A stretch of 64,000 nucleotides of DNA from Myxococcota bacterium (GTDB taxonomy: Bacteria; Myxococcota_A; SURF-8; G963663525): NCBI GenBank assembly GCA_963676915.2, contig CAXXVK010000001.1, positions 1 through 64,000 of the forward strand, given 5' to 3'. A program made the position numbers and the translations under genes. Shown here piece by piece: positions 51,270-60,662 of this stretch. Numbering within the stretch: the first letter of the stretch is position 1; each line of letters starts with the position of its first letter. The notes beneath the pieces were generated by a model. That model did not search any database and was not told where the DNA came from. It saw only the letters and a program-made list of their open reading frames with translations.

Positions 51270-51388
51270 CGAATTTCTCTCTTCTTCGTATTACTAATAA
51301 TATTTACGTGCTACGACAAGGTAACACGGTTTTCCTGGTGGCGCAACGGAAAAGCCGAGGAGAAGCGATGATTCAATTCTTGAAGAAT

Positions 51389-52993
51389 TTATTCCCTGTC
51401 TCCGTTGTCCCGAACCGTCTCGTCCGCTTTTCGTGCTGCCCGCAGACCATCGACCGCCGAACTGGTGATGCCTCCGGCCCAGCCTGCGCCTTCTCCGATG
51501 GGATAGAGTCGGGGAGTGCTGACCGATTGCAGGCTGTCGCGGTCCCTCGATACCTGCAAGGGAGCACTGGTGCGGGATTCCACGGCAAACAACAACGCCT
51601 CGGGATGCGAAGAAAAACGGTGGATTTTCCGCTCGAAGCGTTGCAATCCGGCCTTAAGGGCTTCGGCCAGGTTTTCGGGGAAAATCTTCGTAATATCCGC
51701 CGGTTGGCAGCCTCCGAGACAACTGGTTTTATTGGGAACGGTGGGCGTTTTCCCGTCCAGAAATTCGTGCAGATGCATGGCGGGAACCTCGGCCCCCGAG
51801 CGGGTTTTCGCAACGCTTTCGTAGGCGTTTCGTTCGAGGCGGGCGCGAAAGTCGAGCGGCGCGAGCAGCGAGCTGCCCCAATCTTTTTCTCCTACGGTAA
51901 CCACTACGGCTGCATTGGCCCAGGGGGAACGATGTCCCCGGTTGCTCATTCCGTTGACGACGATGCTTTCCGGGTCGGTCGTTGCCGGAACCACGTACCC
52001 TCCCGGACACATGCAAAACGTATAGACGCCGCGTTCCAACTCTTTGAGGTTGGCTGTCAATCGGTATCGGGCGATATCCAGCGCAGGATTTCCGGCGGCG
52101 GAACCGTACTGGGCGCGATCGACGAAACTTTGCGGATGCTGAACCCTAAAACCTACGGCATAGGATTTCGGGGTCAGCTTCACACCGTGACGATGCAACA
52201 GCCGGTAACTGTCCTCCGCGCCATGACCGCAGGCGAAAAACATGGCGTCGGCATCGAAAACCTTTTTGTTTTCAGGGGCTTGGGTGGAAACGGTCTCTAC
52301 ACCGGTCAGGTGCCCGGCGGTAAAGCGAAAATCCACCGCTTTGCAATGAAAATGAAAGGTTACGCCCCATTGCTGCATGGATTCGGCCATCGTCCCGATG
52401 ACGTCCCGGATGAGGTTGGAGCCTACGTGGGGATCGAAGCGCCAGAGGATATCCTCGGGCGCACCGAAGCAGACCAGCCGTTCGAGCACGTCGGAGACTT
52501 CCGGGTGCTTGATGCGCGTGGTCAGTTTCCCGTCCGAGTAGAATCCTGCGCCGCCCAGACCGAAACAGAGGTTGTTATCCGAATCCAGCGTACCTTGTTT
52601 GAAAAACCGGGCTACGGCGAAATGGCGTTCTTTCAGCGCCGCTCCGCGCTCGACGACGTCGACCTGCCAGCCGGACCGAAACAGTTCCAGCGCCGCAAAA
52701 AGACCCGCCGGTCCCGCCCCGACGACCACCGCCCGGCGCGTGCGTTTTTCCCATGAAAGGCATTGACGTTTCAGGGTTTCGCGATCCAAACGTTTAGGGG
52801 GACGCTCGCCGCGCTCGAAGACTTCCAGCCGATACACCAACCGGATATTTCCCTTTTTTCGAGCATCCACGCTTCGGCGCAACCAACGGATTTCACCGAT
52901 CTTTTCCACAGACCATCCAAGGTGCTGCGCCACGATTTCCCGGAGGCGGGCGTCGTCTTTCAGATCGACGACGAGTTGCTTGATTTCTTCCAC
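51389..52993 (-). CDS. FAD-dependent oxidoreductase (COG2509-like)
   Basis: VVGAGPAG, GGAGFYSDGKL, TFCMCPGG, VNGMS, GEGAGWAGGITSSAVDG. Confidence 0.9.
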   Translation of the reverse strand: MEEIKQLVVDLKDDARLREIVAQHLGWSVEKIGEIRWLRRSVDARKKGNIRLVYRLEVFERGERPPKRLDRETLKRQCLSWEKRTRRAVVVGAGPAGLFAALELFRSGWQVDVVERGAALKERHFAVARFFKQGTLDSDNNLCFGLGGAGFYSDGKLTTRIKHPEVSDVLERLVCFGAPEDILWRFDPHVGSNLIRDVIGTMAESMQQWGVTFHFHCKAVDFRFTAGHLTGVETVSTQAPENKKVFDADAMFFACGHGAEDSYRLLHRHGVKLTPKSYAVGFRVQHPQSFVDRAQYGSAAGNPALDIARYRLTANLKELERGVYTFCMCPGGYVVPATTDPESIVVNGMSNRGHRSPWANAAVVVTVGEKDWGSSLLAPLDFRARLERNAYESVAKTRSGAEVPAMHLHEFLDGKTPTVPNKTSCLGGCQPADITKIFPENLAEALKAGLQRFERKIHRFSSHPEALLFAVESRTSAPLQVSRDRDSLQSVSTPRLYPIGEGAGWAGGITSSAVDGLRAARKADETVRDNGDRE

Positions 52994-53139
52994 GAATACC
53001 TTTTTGAACGGCTATGGTTACACGAGAATGTAAAGGACGGGAATTCCGACCCGACGGCATGACCCTATCGATGGCCGGGGATTGTATCTCCGGTCACACA
53101 TTTTTTCTCCTAGCAAAACGTGTGGAGCAGGATACAATC

Positions 53140-53342
53140 GGGTGCATCACAAGATATAGCGACTTTCGTAAAATCCTCTTTTTTTCGTAGCGGCGAGGCG
53201 TAAGCCCGCCGTTTTTGCCTTTTGAAAGTTGCTTTTATACCCCCAATCTCCCTTTTCGGCGGGCTTACGCCTCGCCGCTACAACCCAATGAATGAATGAT
53301 TCAATATTGTTGGGCCAATTCGCACCATTTTGTGATGCACCC
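53140..53342. mobile_element. 203-bp MITE with 13-bp terminal inverted repeats and 9-bp target duplication
   Basis: GGGTGCATCACAA...TTGTGATGCACCC flanked by GATACAATC at 53131-53139 and 53343-53351. Confidence 0.88.
53187..53281. repeat. GTAG-footed REP doublet, family C, inside the MITE
   Basis: GTAGCGGCGAGGCGTAAGCCCGCCG and its perfect 25-bp reverse complement. Confidence 0.85.
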
Positions 53343-53398
53343 GATACAATCCTGCTCCATCTATACGTTTTATCGTATCGAATCTCGTTCGCTTTTTA

Positions 53399-53554
53399 GT
53401 AGGTCGGGCAAATTTTTTGCCCGACACAGCCAATTGACAAACCCCACTTCGAACAATTTTATCGCCTGTAAATTCTTGAAATTATTGAAGCTCAAAAACG
53501 ACAAAACCACTTTGTCAGCAAGCTGATGTCGGGCTAAAAATTAGCCCGACCTAC
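53399..53554. mobile_element. REPIN/BIME-like element, second copy (inverted)
   Basis: GTAG-hairpin, core, hairpin-CTAC; core collinear with 39155-39256 on the opposite strand. Confidence 0.88.
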
Positions 53555-53604
53555 GACGAAGCAAAGACCGTGTTTCCCCACTTCCACCAAAGAACAAACG
53601 AAAC

Positions 53605-56600
53605 CTAACGCTTTTCTCCCATGAAATCCAGTGTCCAGGTGCAATTTTCCGGGCGTGGGAAGTCGGGAATTTCGTGCATCGCCATGGCGCAATGCGGTCC
53701 TTCGAACTCGGTGAATTCCAACGTCAGCGTGCCTTCGAGGGTGGAAAAGTCTTCGCTCGCCATGGCGTCGAAGGTCGTCAGAGCCTGAATCCGGCAGCCT
53801 TCCCCACCGATTTCCCGCTGGCCCGTTCCCGTGAAATGCCGACCTTCCACCAACCCTTCATCGATGGCGATGGGGTACCTGTCGTATTCGTCGGAGATTT
53901 CATTCAGATACCAGGTTCCGTCGTAGACGGAAATCGGGACCACGACCCAGGGCAGGGTGATCGGCCAGCCTTCCGGCGGGAACTCGCAGGTGGTTCCGTC
54001 CGCCTCCGAGCTGACGCCCCAGATCAGGTAGGCGTTCATCCAGTCGGGGAAAATCGTAGGTTGGCAGGAACCGTACTGACAGCTTCGTTCCGGGCAGGTT
54101 TCCACGCCGGTCCAAACGCCGTCCAGGCAGCGAACCACCACGTCTCCCCGGCACTGACCCTCCTGCGGGTCTTCGTCGCAGGCAACGCATCGGGCTTCGT
54201 CTTCCAGGAATCCGCAGCTTCCGCCCGCAGCGTAACAGTCCTGAATCTCTTGCCATTCTCCCTGCCCATCGCATCGATACAAACGATCACCCAGGCAGGT
54301 GGTTTCGCCTTCGGGGCAGGTGTCGAGACATTGGGCCGTGTTGTCGTTTTCCACGCAGGAAGCCGCGCAGATGTCGCTTGTCTGCCACACGTCATTGATG
54401 CAACTCTCGATTCGCCAAAGACCGTTTTCGAGCGTGCAATAGGAATTGCCATTCTCGTAGTACTCACAGGTTTCGGCACAGTCTCCATGCAGGCAGCTTT
54501 GGTTTTCGTCACAGAGATCTTTCAGCCTCCACTCGCCCTCCAGACACAGGAAAGGATGCTCGCCGATGCAGGTCGATTCTCCCTCGACTTCGCAACTCAT
54601 GTCGGGGTCGGCGCAATCCGGCTCACCGCCGCACTGACTGCCTTCGGCACATTCCTGCCAGAATTCCCAGTTGGTACCGACGCAGATTTCCAAGCGGTCG
54701 TACCGGCAGCGGATGTTTCCGGGTTCGCAGGCAAACCAGGGAGGCGAGGCGCAGTCGCCGTCGATACAGAATCCTTCCTCGCATTCCTCCACACCCTGCC
54801 ATTGACCGTTTTCGTTGCAAATAACGACGTAGCTTCCGATGCATTGAGGCTCCGAAGCCGGAACGTCGCAGGAATTTTCGAGAGAGAGACACGTTCCGTC
54901 CACGCAGATCGCCGGGTATTCCCAGCAGGCGTCCCGGACTTCCAACAGGCCCGTTTCCGGGTTACAGGAGAGAACATAGCCGTATTCATTGCAGAAACGT
55001 TCGTCGCCGCTTTCTTCGCAAGGCTCGACGCAGCCACCGCGCAGGATGTCGCATACCTGATCCGCGTCGCAGAAGCTTTGTGTCCATTGGGCGTTTTCGT
55101 CGCAATAACTGTATAGCGGTAGATCCTGCTGGCTTTCGTCATCCCAGGCCATTTCGCATTCGGACCACGCCGGAGAACATTCGGCTTGCGGCAATCGGCA
55201 CCTCCCGTTGAGGCAGTCCAGACCCTGTTCTTCGCAATTTTCGACGACCTGCCAGCTTCCGTCTGCCTGACATTCGACGCTGGTATGTCCCAGACACCTG
55301 GTGCGTCCTTCATTCTCGCAGGTTTCGCTTACACTCGTGCAGGCCTGATCGATGCAAAGTTGTCCCGATTCGGCGCAGTCTTCCTGAATGTCCCAGAAGA
55401 ATCCGTCTTCGCTACAGACAAGCACGTAGGTGTTGTAGCAAAACGTCTGGTCGGGCGTGCAGGGTTGGACGCATGTGTCATCGTGACAAACGGCGTCGAA
55501 CTGGATGCAGTCTTGCATGAGGTTCCATTGCCCGTTTTCGTCGCAGACCATCAACCGGTCTCCGTCGCAGGCGGTTTCGCCTTCGTCGCAGGAGTACATC
55601 CGGCATTCGGCCTGTTGGCAAAACGTTCCAAGAGCGCATTCCTGTACGGTGTCCCATTGACCGGAGCGGCATTCGATCACCGCCCGATCGCCGTCGCATT
55701 GGCGTTCCCCTTCGAACTCCGACGTGCAGGAATCTTCGAGATCCCGGCAGGTTCCATCGAGGCAGACCATGTCGTCGTCCGCGCAGTTCGAGAAGGATTG
55801 GTACAAGCCGGTTTGTTCGTTGCAGACTTCCTGCATGTTTCCGTTGCATCGGGTCTGTTCCTGGTCGCAACGCGTGACGCAGGCCAGCTCGTCCGGGTCG
55901 CAGACCTCGTTGTCCGAGCAGGCTTCCACCTGAGTCCAGCGGTAATTTTCCTGACAGATTTTCGGGCTGCCGTCGATGCAGCGAATCTCGCCGAAATCGC
56001 CACAGGGAATCTCGCAGCCTTCCGGGTCGTTTTCGTCCAGGTACCCGTCGCAGTCGTTGTCCTGCTCGTCGTAACAAAGCTCTTCTCCGTTGGGAATGCA
56101 GGAATACGCCACCAGGTCGAATTCGATTTTAACGGTGCATGGGGCAGGTTGCGGAAGATCGCCCCATCCGGTCGAATTTTCGCAATCTCCCTCGTATTCT
56201 CCGAATTCCAGAGTCCACGATCCCGTAAGCCGGGAGTTGCGCCATTGGCCATTGAAGTCTACCGTATTTTCAGGAGTGATTTCCACGACAGAGTGGACTT
56301 CCGAACCGCAGTTTCGGTCGTCTTCACCGGGCGCGCTCCAGTCAAAGGTATCGTCCGCAACGAGGCTTGTTTCCCTGACGTGACCTTCCAGGATTTTCAG
56401 CGGGTCCGTTTCGTCGCGGGTGGTGAGGGTGAAGCTGTCGCCGGTTTGCTCCAGGGTTACGGTGTCGATAATTTCCATACCGACTTCGGGTACTTCGCAG
56501 GTGTCGTCCACAGCGACCGTCTGCCCCGTCATTCGCCATAAGCCGTCCAGAGGTTCCCCTTCGATGCACAGGCCGTTTTCGCAGATTTCATCCGTTTCGC

Positions 56601-57867
56601 AGGCGGAAAGATCCACCCAGCCGCCTTGAGAGCAGATCTGCGGCTGGTTGCCATCGCAACGGCGGCTTCCTCCGATACAGGCCCGGCAACCGGGAATCGT
56701 CACGTCACAGACTTTTCCCTCGGGCATGCAGTCCGTTTCGACCGTCCAATCGCCTTCGGAACAGGACAGCAACAGGTTTTCGTAACAGGCAACCTCTCCC
56801 GATCGGCATTGCAGACAGTGGCCGTCGTCGCAAATAGCGTTTTCGCAGGCTTCCACGATCATCCATTGACCGTCCTGACACTCCCGCACGAGGGTGCCTT
56901 CTCCGGCACATTCGCGTTCGCCGTCATAACAAACCTCGGCAACCCGGCGTAAAACGACGATTCGCCCGCCGTTCATCTTCAGTTCGCCAAATTCCGACGG
57001 CAGGCCGATGATCTCTTCCGAACCCAGGCGAAGTTCGTTTTCTTCGTCGTTCCAGTACAACACGAGAAGCGGGAGGTTGTCGGAATAAGGAAGGTCTTCC
57101 AGGTCGCCGCCCATCAATTCCAATAGATTCGTGCCGTCGTGCCCGATGAAATTGTAAAAATACAAGCCCTCGGTGGGAAAACGCGCTTGTCCTCGCCGCA
57201 CGATCGGTTCGACCGAAACTCCTTGATAGCCGTAGACATCGGTTCGGGGTAGCCCTTCGAGACGAATGGTGTCGCTGGCGTCGATGAATTCCACCCGCAC
57301 CTCTCCCGGTCCATGGTAGACATTCGCCTGCGCACGGACGCATTCGTCGGCGTCGTTGAACTCATACCCCGGATTGCAGCGACACTCGATGCCGTCTTCC
57401 AGCTCGACACAGACGTTTTGGTTGGCCTGAACGCAGGGATTGGGAATGCAGGGGTTGATATCCTCGCAGACACCGCCGACATTCGCATATCCGTTTTCGC
57501 AAACGCACTCGTACATATCGTTGGGCAGAATGACGCACTCGCCGGTCATGTACTCGCCCGTACAGGGGTTGGGGTCGCAGGGGTCGCGGTTGAGGTCGTC
57601 TTCTTCGGGAGTCTCTTCGGCCTGCTCCTCGATGGCGTCGTCATCCGTATCGGGAAGCTCGATTTCGTCTTCGTCGGCGGGAGCGGGCGTCTCCTCGATG
57701 TCCGTATCGTCATCGGCGGTCGCGTTGTCGTCGGTGTCTGCAACGGGATCGGCATCCCCGGACGAATCACCGGGATCGTTGGTGAATATCGTACCCTGTT
57801 CGGTGTCGCAGGCAACGAAAACAATAGTGAGAAGCATGGCGAAAAGCAGCGTTCGAAGGCGTTGCAT
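53605..57867 (-). CDS. Giant Cys-rich lipoprotein with EGF-like and repeated C-x-G-x-x-R-C modules
   Basis: Lipobox FVAC, acidic linker, two EGF-like units (DPC.PNPC..C.C..GY), many ~38-aa Cys modules, two related beta-barrel-like domains. Confidence 0.85.
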   Translation of the reverse strand: MQRLRTLLFAMLLTIVFVACDTEQGTIFTNDPGDSSGDADPVADTDDNATADDDTDIEETPAPADEDEIELPDTDDDAIEEQAEETPEEDDLNRDPCDPNPCTGEYMTGECVILPNDMYECVCENGYANVGGVCEDINPCIPNPCVQANQNVCVELEDGIECRCNPGYEFNDADECVRAQANVYHGPGEVRVEFIDASDTIRLEGLPRTDVYGYQGVSVEPIVRRGQARFPTEGLYFYNFIGHDGTNLLELMGGDLEDLPYSDNLPLLVLYWNDEENELRLGSEEIIGLPSEFGELKMNGGRIVVLRRVAEVCYDGERECAGEGTLVRECQDGQWMIVEACENAICDDGHCLQCRSGEVACYENLLLSCSEGDWTVETDCMPEGKVCDVTIPGCRACIGGSRRCDGNQPQICSQGGWVDLSACETDEICENGLCIEGEPLDGLWRMTGQTVAVDDTCEVPEVGMEIIDTVTLEQTGDSFTLTTRDETDPLKILEGHVRETSLVADDTFDWSAPGEDDRNCGSEVHSVVEITPENTVDFNGQWRNSRLTGSWTLEFGEYEGDCENSTGWGDLPQPAPCTVKIEFDLVAYSCIPNGEELCYDEQDNDCDGYLDENDPEGCEIPCGDFGEIRCIDGSPKICQENYRWTQVEACSDNEVCDPDELACVTRCDQEQTRCNGNMQEVCNEQTGLYQSFSNCADDDMVCLDGTCRDLEDSCTSEFEGERQCDGDRAVIECRSGQWDTVQECALGTFCQQAECRMYSCDEGETACDGDRLMVCDENGQWNLMQDCIQFDAVCHDDTCVQPCTPDQTFCYNTYVLVCSEDGFFWDIQEDCAESGQLCIDQACTSVSETCENEGRTRCLGHTSVECQADGSWQVVENCEEQGLDCLNGRCRLPQAECSPAWSECEMAWDDESQQDLPLYSYCDENAQWTQSFCDADQVCDILRGGCVEPCEESGDERFCNEYGYVLSCNPETGLLEVRDACWEYPAICVDGTCLSLENSCDVPASEPQCIGSYVVICNENGQWQGVEECEEGFCIDGDCASPPWFACEPGNIRCRYDRLEICVGTNWEFWQECAEGSQCGGEPDCADPDMSCEVEGESTCIGEHPFLCLEGEWRLKDLCDENQSCLHGDCAETCEYYENGNSYCTLENGLWRIESCINDVWQTSDICAASCVENDNTAQCLDTCPEGETTCLGDRLYRCDGQGEWQEIQDCYAAGGSCGFLEDEARCVACDEDPQEGQCRGDVVVRCLDGVWTGVETCPERSCQYGSCQPTIFPDWMNAYLIWGVSSEADGTTCEFPPEGWPITLPWVVVPISVYDGTWYLNEISDEYDRYPIAIDEGLVEGRHFTGTGQREIGGEGCRIQALTTFDAMASEDFSTLEGTLTLEFTEFEGPHCAMAMHEIPDFPRPENCTWTLDFMGEKR

Positions 57868-57931
57868 GGCGTGATCCTCCCGGTTTATCAACAAGAATAC
57901 TCCTGAAAAAACAATGGGTTGAATATTTTTT

Positions 57932-57998
57932 GCAGGTTGGATGAAATCACCCGGCCCGACTATGCAGAGGTGTCGGGCAAGAAATTTGCCCGACCTAC
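57932..57998. repeat. Family-A REP doublet (left copy degenerate)
   Basis: GTCGGGCAA-GAAAT-TTGCCCGAC-CTAC at 57972-57998. Confidence 0.75.
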
Positions 57999-58069
57999 TT
58001 TTTCACCAGCCGGACCCGTTGATTTTTCCGTTTACTTGTCGAGTATAACACCGTTGGGAGGCGAAAACG

Positions 58070-58972
58070 TCACTTTTTTCCCGGATGCGACCAGCCGAGA
58101 CGATCCATGACCTGTTTGATGTCTTCCCAGACCTCGCGCTTGGCTTTGGGATTGCGCAGGAGGTACGATGGATGGAAGGTCGGCATGGTGGGAATCGAAT
58201 CGTAACGCCGCCATTCGCCACGCCAGCGGGTGATCGGAGTTTTCACGACATTGAAGTCGTTAAGCAACGCTGCTGTGGGGATTTTTCCCAGCAAAACCAA
58301 TACTTTAGGTTGAATCAAACGAATCTGCTGTCTGAGAAACGGAATGCAGGTCTGCATTTCGAGCGTTTCGGGATTGCGGTTTCCTGGAGGACGGCATTTG
58401 ACGATGTTGCCGATATACACTTTCTCTCGTGGTACGCCCATGCCTTTTTCGATAATGTCGGTCAGCAGTTTTCCGGCTCGTCCCACAAACGGTCGCCCGC
58501 TACGGTCTTCGTCGGCTCCCGGACCTTCGCCGATGAACATTACCTCCGCTTTGGGATCGCCTTCGCCGAAAACGATTTTCGTACGTCCGTTGCACAATGG
58601 ACAGCGCTTGCAATCTCCGATAACTCCTTGAAGTTCCTCAAGATTGTTTGTTTCCGGCAGTTTTTCTTCCGGTATCGGGGTGTTTTGCTGTATCGGCTGA
58701 CGAGGTTTCGGAGCGCTTCGTTGACGCATTGGAGGAGCATTGCGGCGTTCCTGAAGGGAAGCCGAAGACGACCCGTTTGCGGGACGGCCTGCCGGCGGAG
58801 CGCTTGGGCGCTGCGACGGTGGAGGTGTGGCAGGTCGTCTGGCAGGTGCTTGCAAAGGCGGAAGTCCCGCCTCGCCTACCGGAACGGACTCGACACCGAG
58901 GCTTTTCCACCATTCCAGAAGCGCCAGCAGGTCGCGGGCACAATCGCGGGCGTTGTCGTTCTCGTGACTCAT
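58070..58972 (-). CDS. Uracil-DNA glycosylase family 4 (Fe-S)
   Basis: [41 protein letters not shown]. Confidence 0.95.
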   Translation of the reverse strand: MSHENDNARDCARDLLALLEWWKSLGVESVPVGEAGLPPLQAPARRPATPPPSQRPSAPPAGRPANGSSSASLQERRNAPPMRQRSAPKPRQPIQQNTPIPEEKLPETNNLEELQGVIGDCKRCPLCNGRTKIVFGEGDPKAEVMFIGEGPGADEDRSGRPFVGRAGKLLTDIIEKGMGVPREKVYIGNIVKCRPPGNRNPETLEMQTCIPFLRQQIRLIQPKVLVLLGKIPTAALLNDFNVVKTPITRWRGEWRRYDSIPTMPTFHPSYLLRNPKAKREVWEDIKQVMDRLGWSHPGKK

Positions 58973-60408
58973 GACGAGGATTTCGGACCTTTCTCGGAGT
59001 CGTTTGGCGCATTTGGCGCATTTGGAGCGGCTGGCGCGTTTGGTGTGGGATTTGCCTTGTTTGCGGAAGATGTCGTGTTTCGGGGTTTTCTGCCGGTCTG
59101 GGTCGTCTTCGCCGCAGTACGTCTGGCCGACGTTTTCCCGGACGATCCTCGCGACTTCGAACCGCCCCTGGAACTCTTCCGGGTCGGTTTCTTTTTATTC
59201 GCCGCTTCGGTGCGTCGTTTCTGTACGTGGTCGAGGATGACCCGTGCCACCTCGCTTTTTTTCATCATCGGTAGCGATTCGACGTGTGACAGGCGATCGA
59301 TGATGTGCACGATGTTGGTATCCGTTTCGAAACCGGCACCTTGCTGGGAGATGTCGTTCATTACGATCAGGTCCAGTTTCTTGTTTTTCAGCTTGGCTTT
59401 GGCGTTTTGCAGCACCTGGCGATCTTCGGCGGCAAACCCGACAAGGTATTGTCCTCGCTTGGCTTTTTTGCCCAATTCCATCAGAATGTCGGGAGTGCGT
59501 ACAAAGTTCAGCGTCAAATCGCCGTCGTGTTTTTTGATTTTGCTGCTCTGCGTCCGTTCGGGGCGGTAGTCGGCCACGGCGGCGGATTTGATAATGACCT
59601 GCGCCTTGGTGTAGCGGGCCAGCACTTCTTTGTGCATTTCCACGGCGCTCTCGACCTCGATGGTTTCGACATCGAACGGCGCGGGAATCGAGTGAGGACC
59701 GGCGATAAGCTGCACCTTCGCCCCTCTTGCCCGTGCTTCGCGAGCCAAAGCGAAACCCATTTTTCCCGACGAACGGTTGGTTAAAAAACGCACCGGATCG
59801 AGTCGTTCCAAGGTGGGACCGGCGGTGATCAACACCGTTTCGTCGGTCATGTCCTGCTGGTCGGAGCGGGCCGCGTAGATGGTGGCGTCCAGCACGTCGT
59901 GCAATTCGGCCAGGCGTCCGCTTCCCGTTTCTCCGCACGCCAAATAGCCTTCGCCAGGCGGAACGACGGTGATCCGCCGCATCGCACTGAGTTTCTTCGT
60001 GTTTTCGGTGACGATTTCGTTTTTCCACATCGCCCAGTTCATCGCGGGAGCCAGCACCACCGGCGAGCGCGTGGCCATCAGCAGGGTGGTAACGATGTTG
60101 TCGGCCAGTCCTCCGGCCAGTTTACCGATGGTGTTGGCGGTACAGGGCAGCACCACGGCAGCGTCGATGTCGTGGGCAACCGAGATATGCCCGATACGCA
60201 ATTCGTCGGAAAGACTGAATAAACTTGTCAGTACGGTTTTTCCGGTCAACGCCTGGAAGGTCATCGGCGTGATGAATTCCTGGGCGGCAGCGGTCATGGC
60301 GACGCGCACGGTCGCACCGTTTTCGATCAGAAGACGTACAAATTCCGCCGCCTTGTAGGCCGCGATTCCTCCCGTCACGCAGACGAGAATTTTTTTGTTT
60401 TTCAGCAT
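58969..60408 (-). CDS. coaBC: Bifunctional phosphopantothenoylcysteine decarboxylase/synthetase
   Basis: TGGIAAYKA, PAMN..M, LACGETG.GRL, TAGPT.E.LDPVRFLTNRSSGKMG, AAVADY, VGFAAE. Confidence 0.96.
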   Translation of the reverse strand: MLKNKKILVCVTGGIAAYKAAEFVRLLIENGATVRVAMTAAAQEFITPMTFQALTGKTVLTSLFSLSDELRIGHISVAHDIDAAVVLPCTANTIGKLAGGLADNIVTTLLMATRSPVVLAPAMNWAMWKNEIVTENTKKLSAMRRITVVPPGEGYLACGETGSGRLAELHDVLDATIYAARSDQQDMTDETVLITAGPTLERLDPVRFLTNRSSGKMGFALAREARARGAKVQLIAGPHSIPAPFDVETIEVESAVEMHKEVLARYTKAQVIIKSAAVADYRPERTQSSKIKKHDGDLTLNFVRTPDILMELGKKAKRGQYLVGFAAEDRQVLQNAKAKLKNKKLDLIVMNDISQQGAGFETDTNIVHIIDRLSHVESLPMMKKSEVARVILDHVQKRRTEAANKKKPTRKSSRGGSKSRGSSGKTSARRTAAKTTQTGRKPRNTTSSANKANPTPNAPAAPNAPNAPNDSEKGPKSSS

Positions 60409-60540
60409 GGGATTCGTTTCTCCCCTTCGCGGAATCATTGATTGAATTCCTTATACCAAAGTTACGGGGAGTGTATACAGGGAAATTTTCCTTGGATCGC
60501 TAATGAATCGAATCCACATGGAGCAAAAAGGGAAAATCTC

Positions 60541-60568
60541 TTGCCGATTTCGTGAAAATCGCTATGAT
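60541..60568 (+). promoter_or_regulatory. Candidate sigma-70 promoter of the antiporter gene
   Basis: TTGCCG-16 bp-TATGAT about 95 bp upstream of ATG 60663. Confidence 0.45.
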
Positions 60569-60662
60569 TTCGGATCATTGCAGGTCCGGCCCATTTTCTG
60601 CGTTCGAATGGACCGGAAAGGCCGACACTGATTGGAACATCTTAGATAGAAAGAGTGGGAGA

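Noticed and set aside
51343-51357. Sigma-54 promoter for the 50502-51269 lipoprotein (minus CGGCTT-N5-TTGC)
   Set aside because: Only the GG-N10-GC core matches; too weak without a PWM or TSS data.
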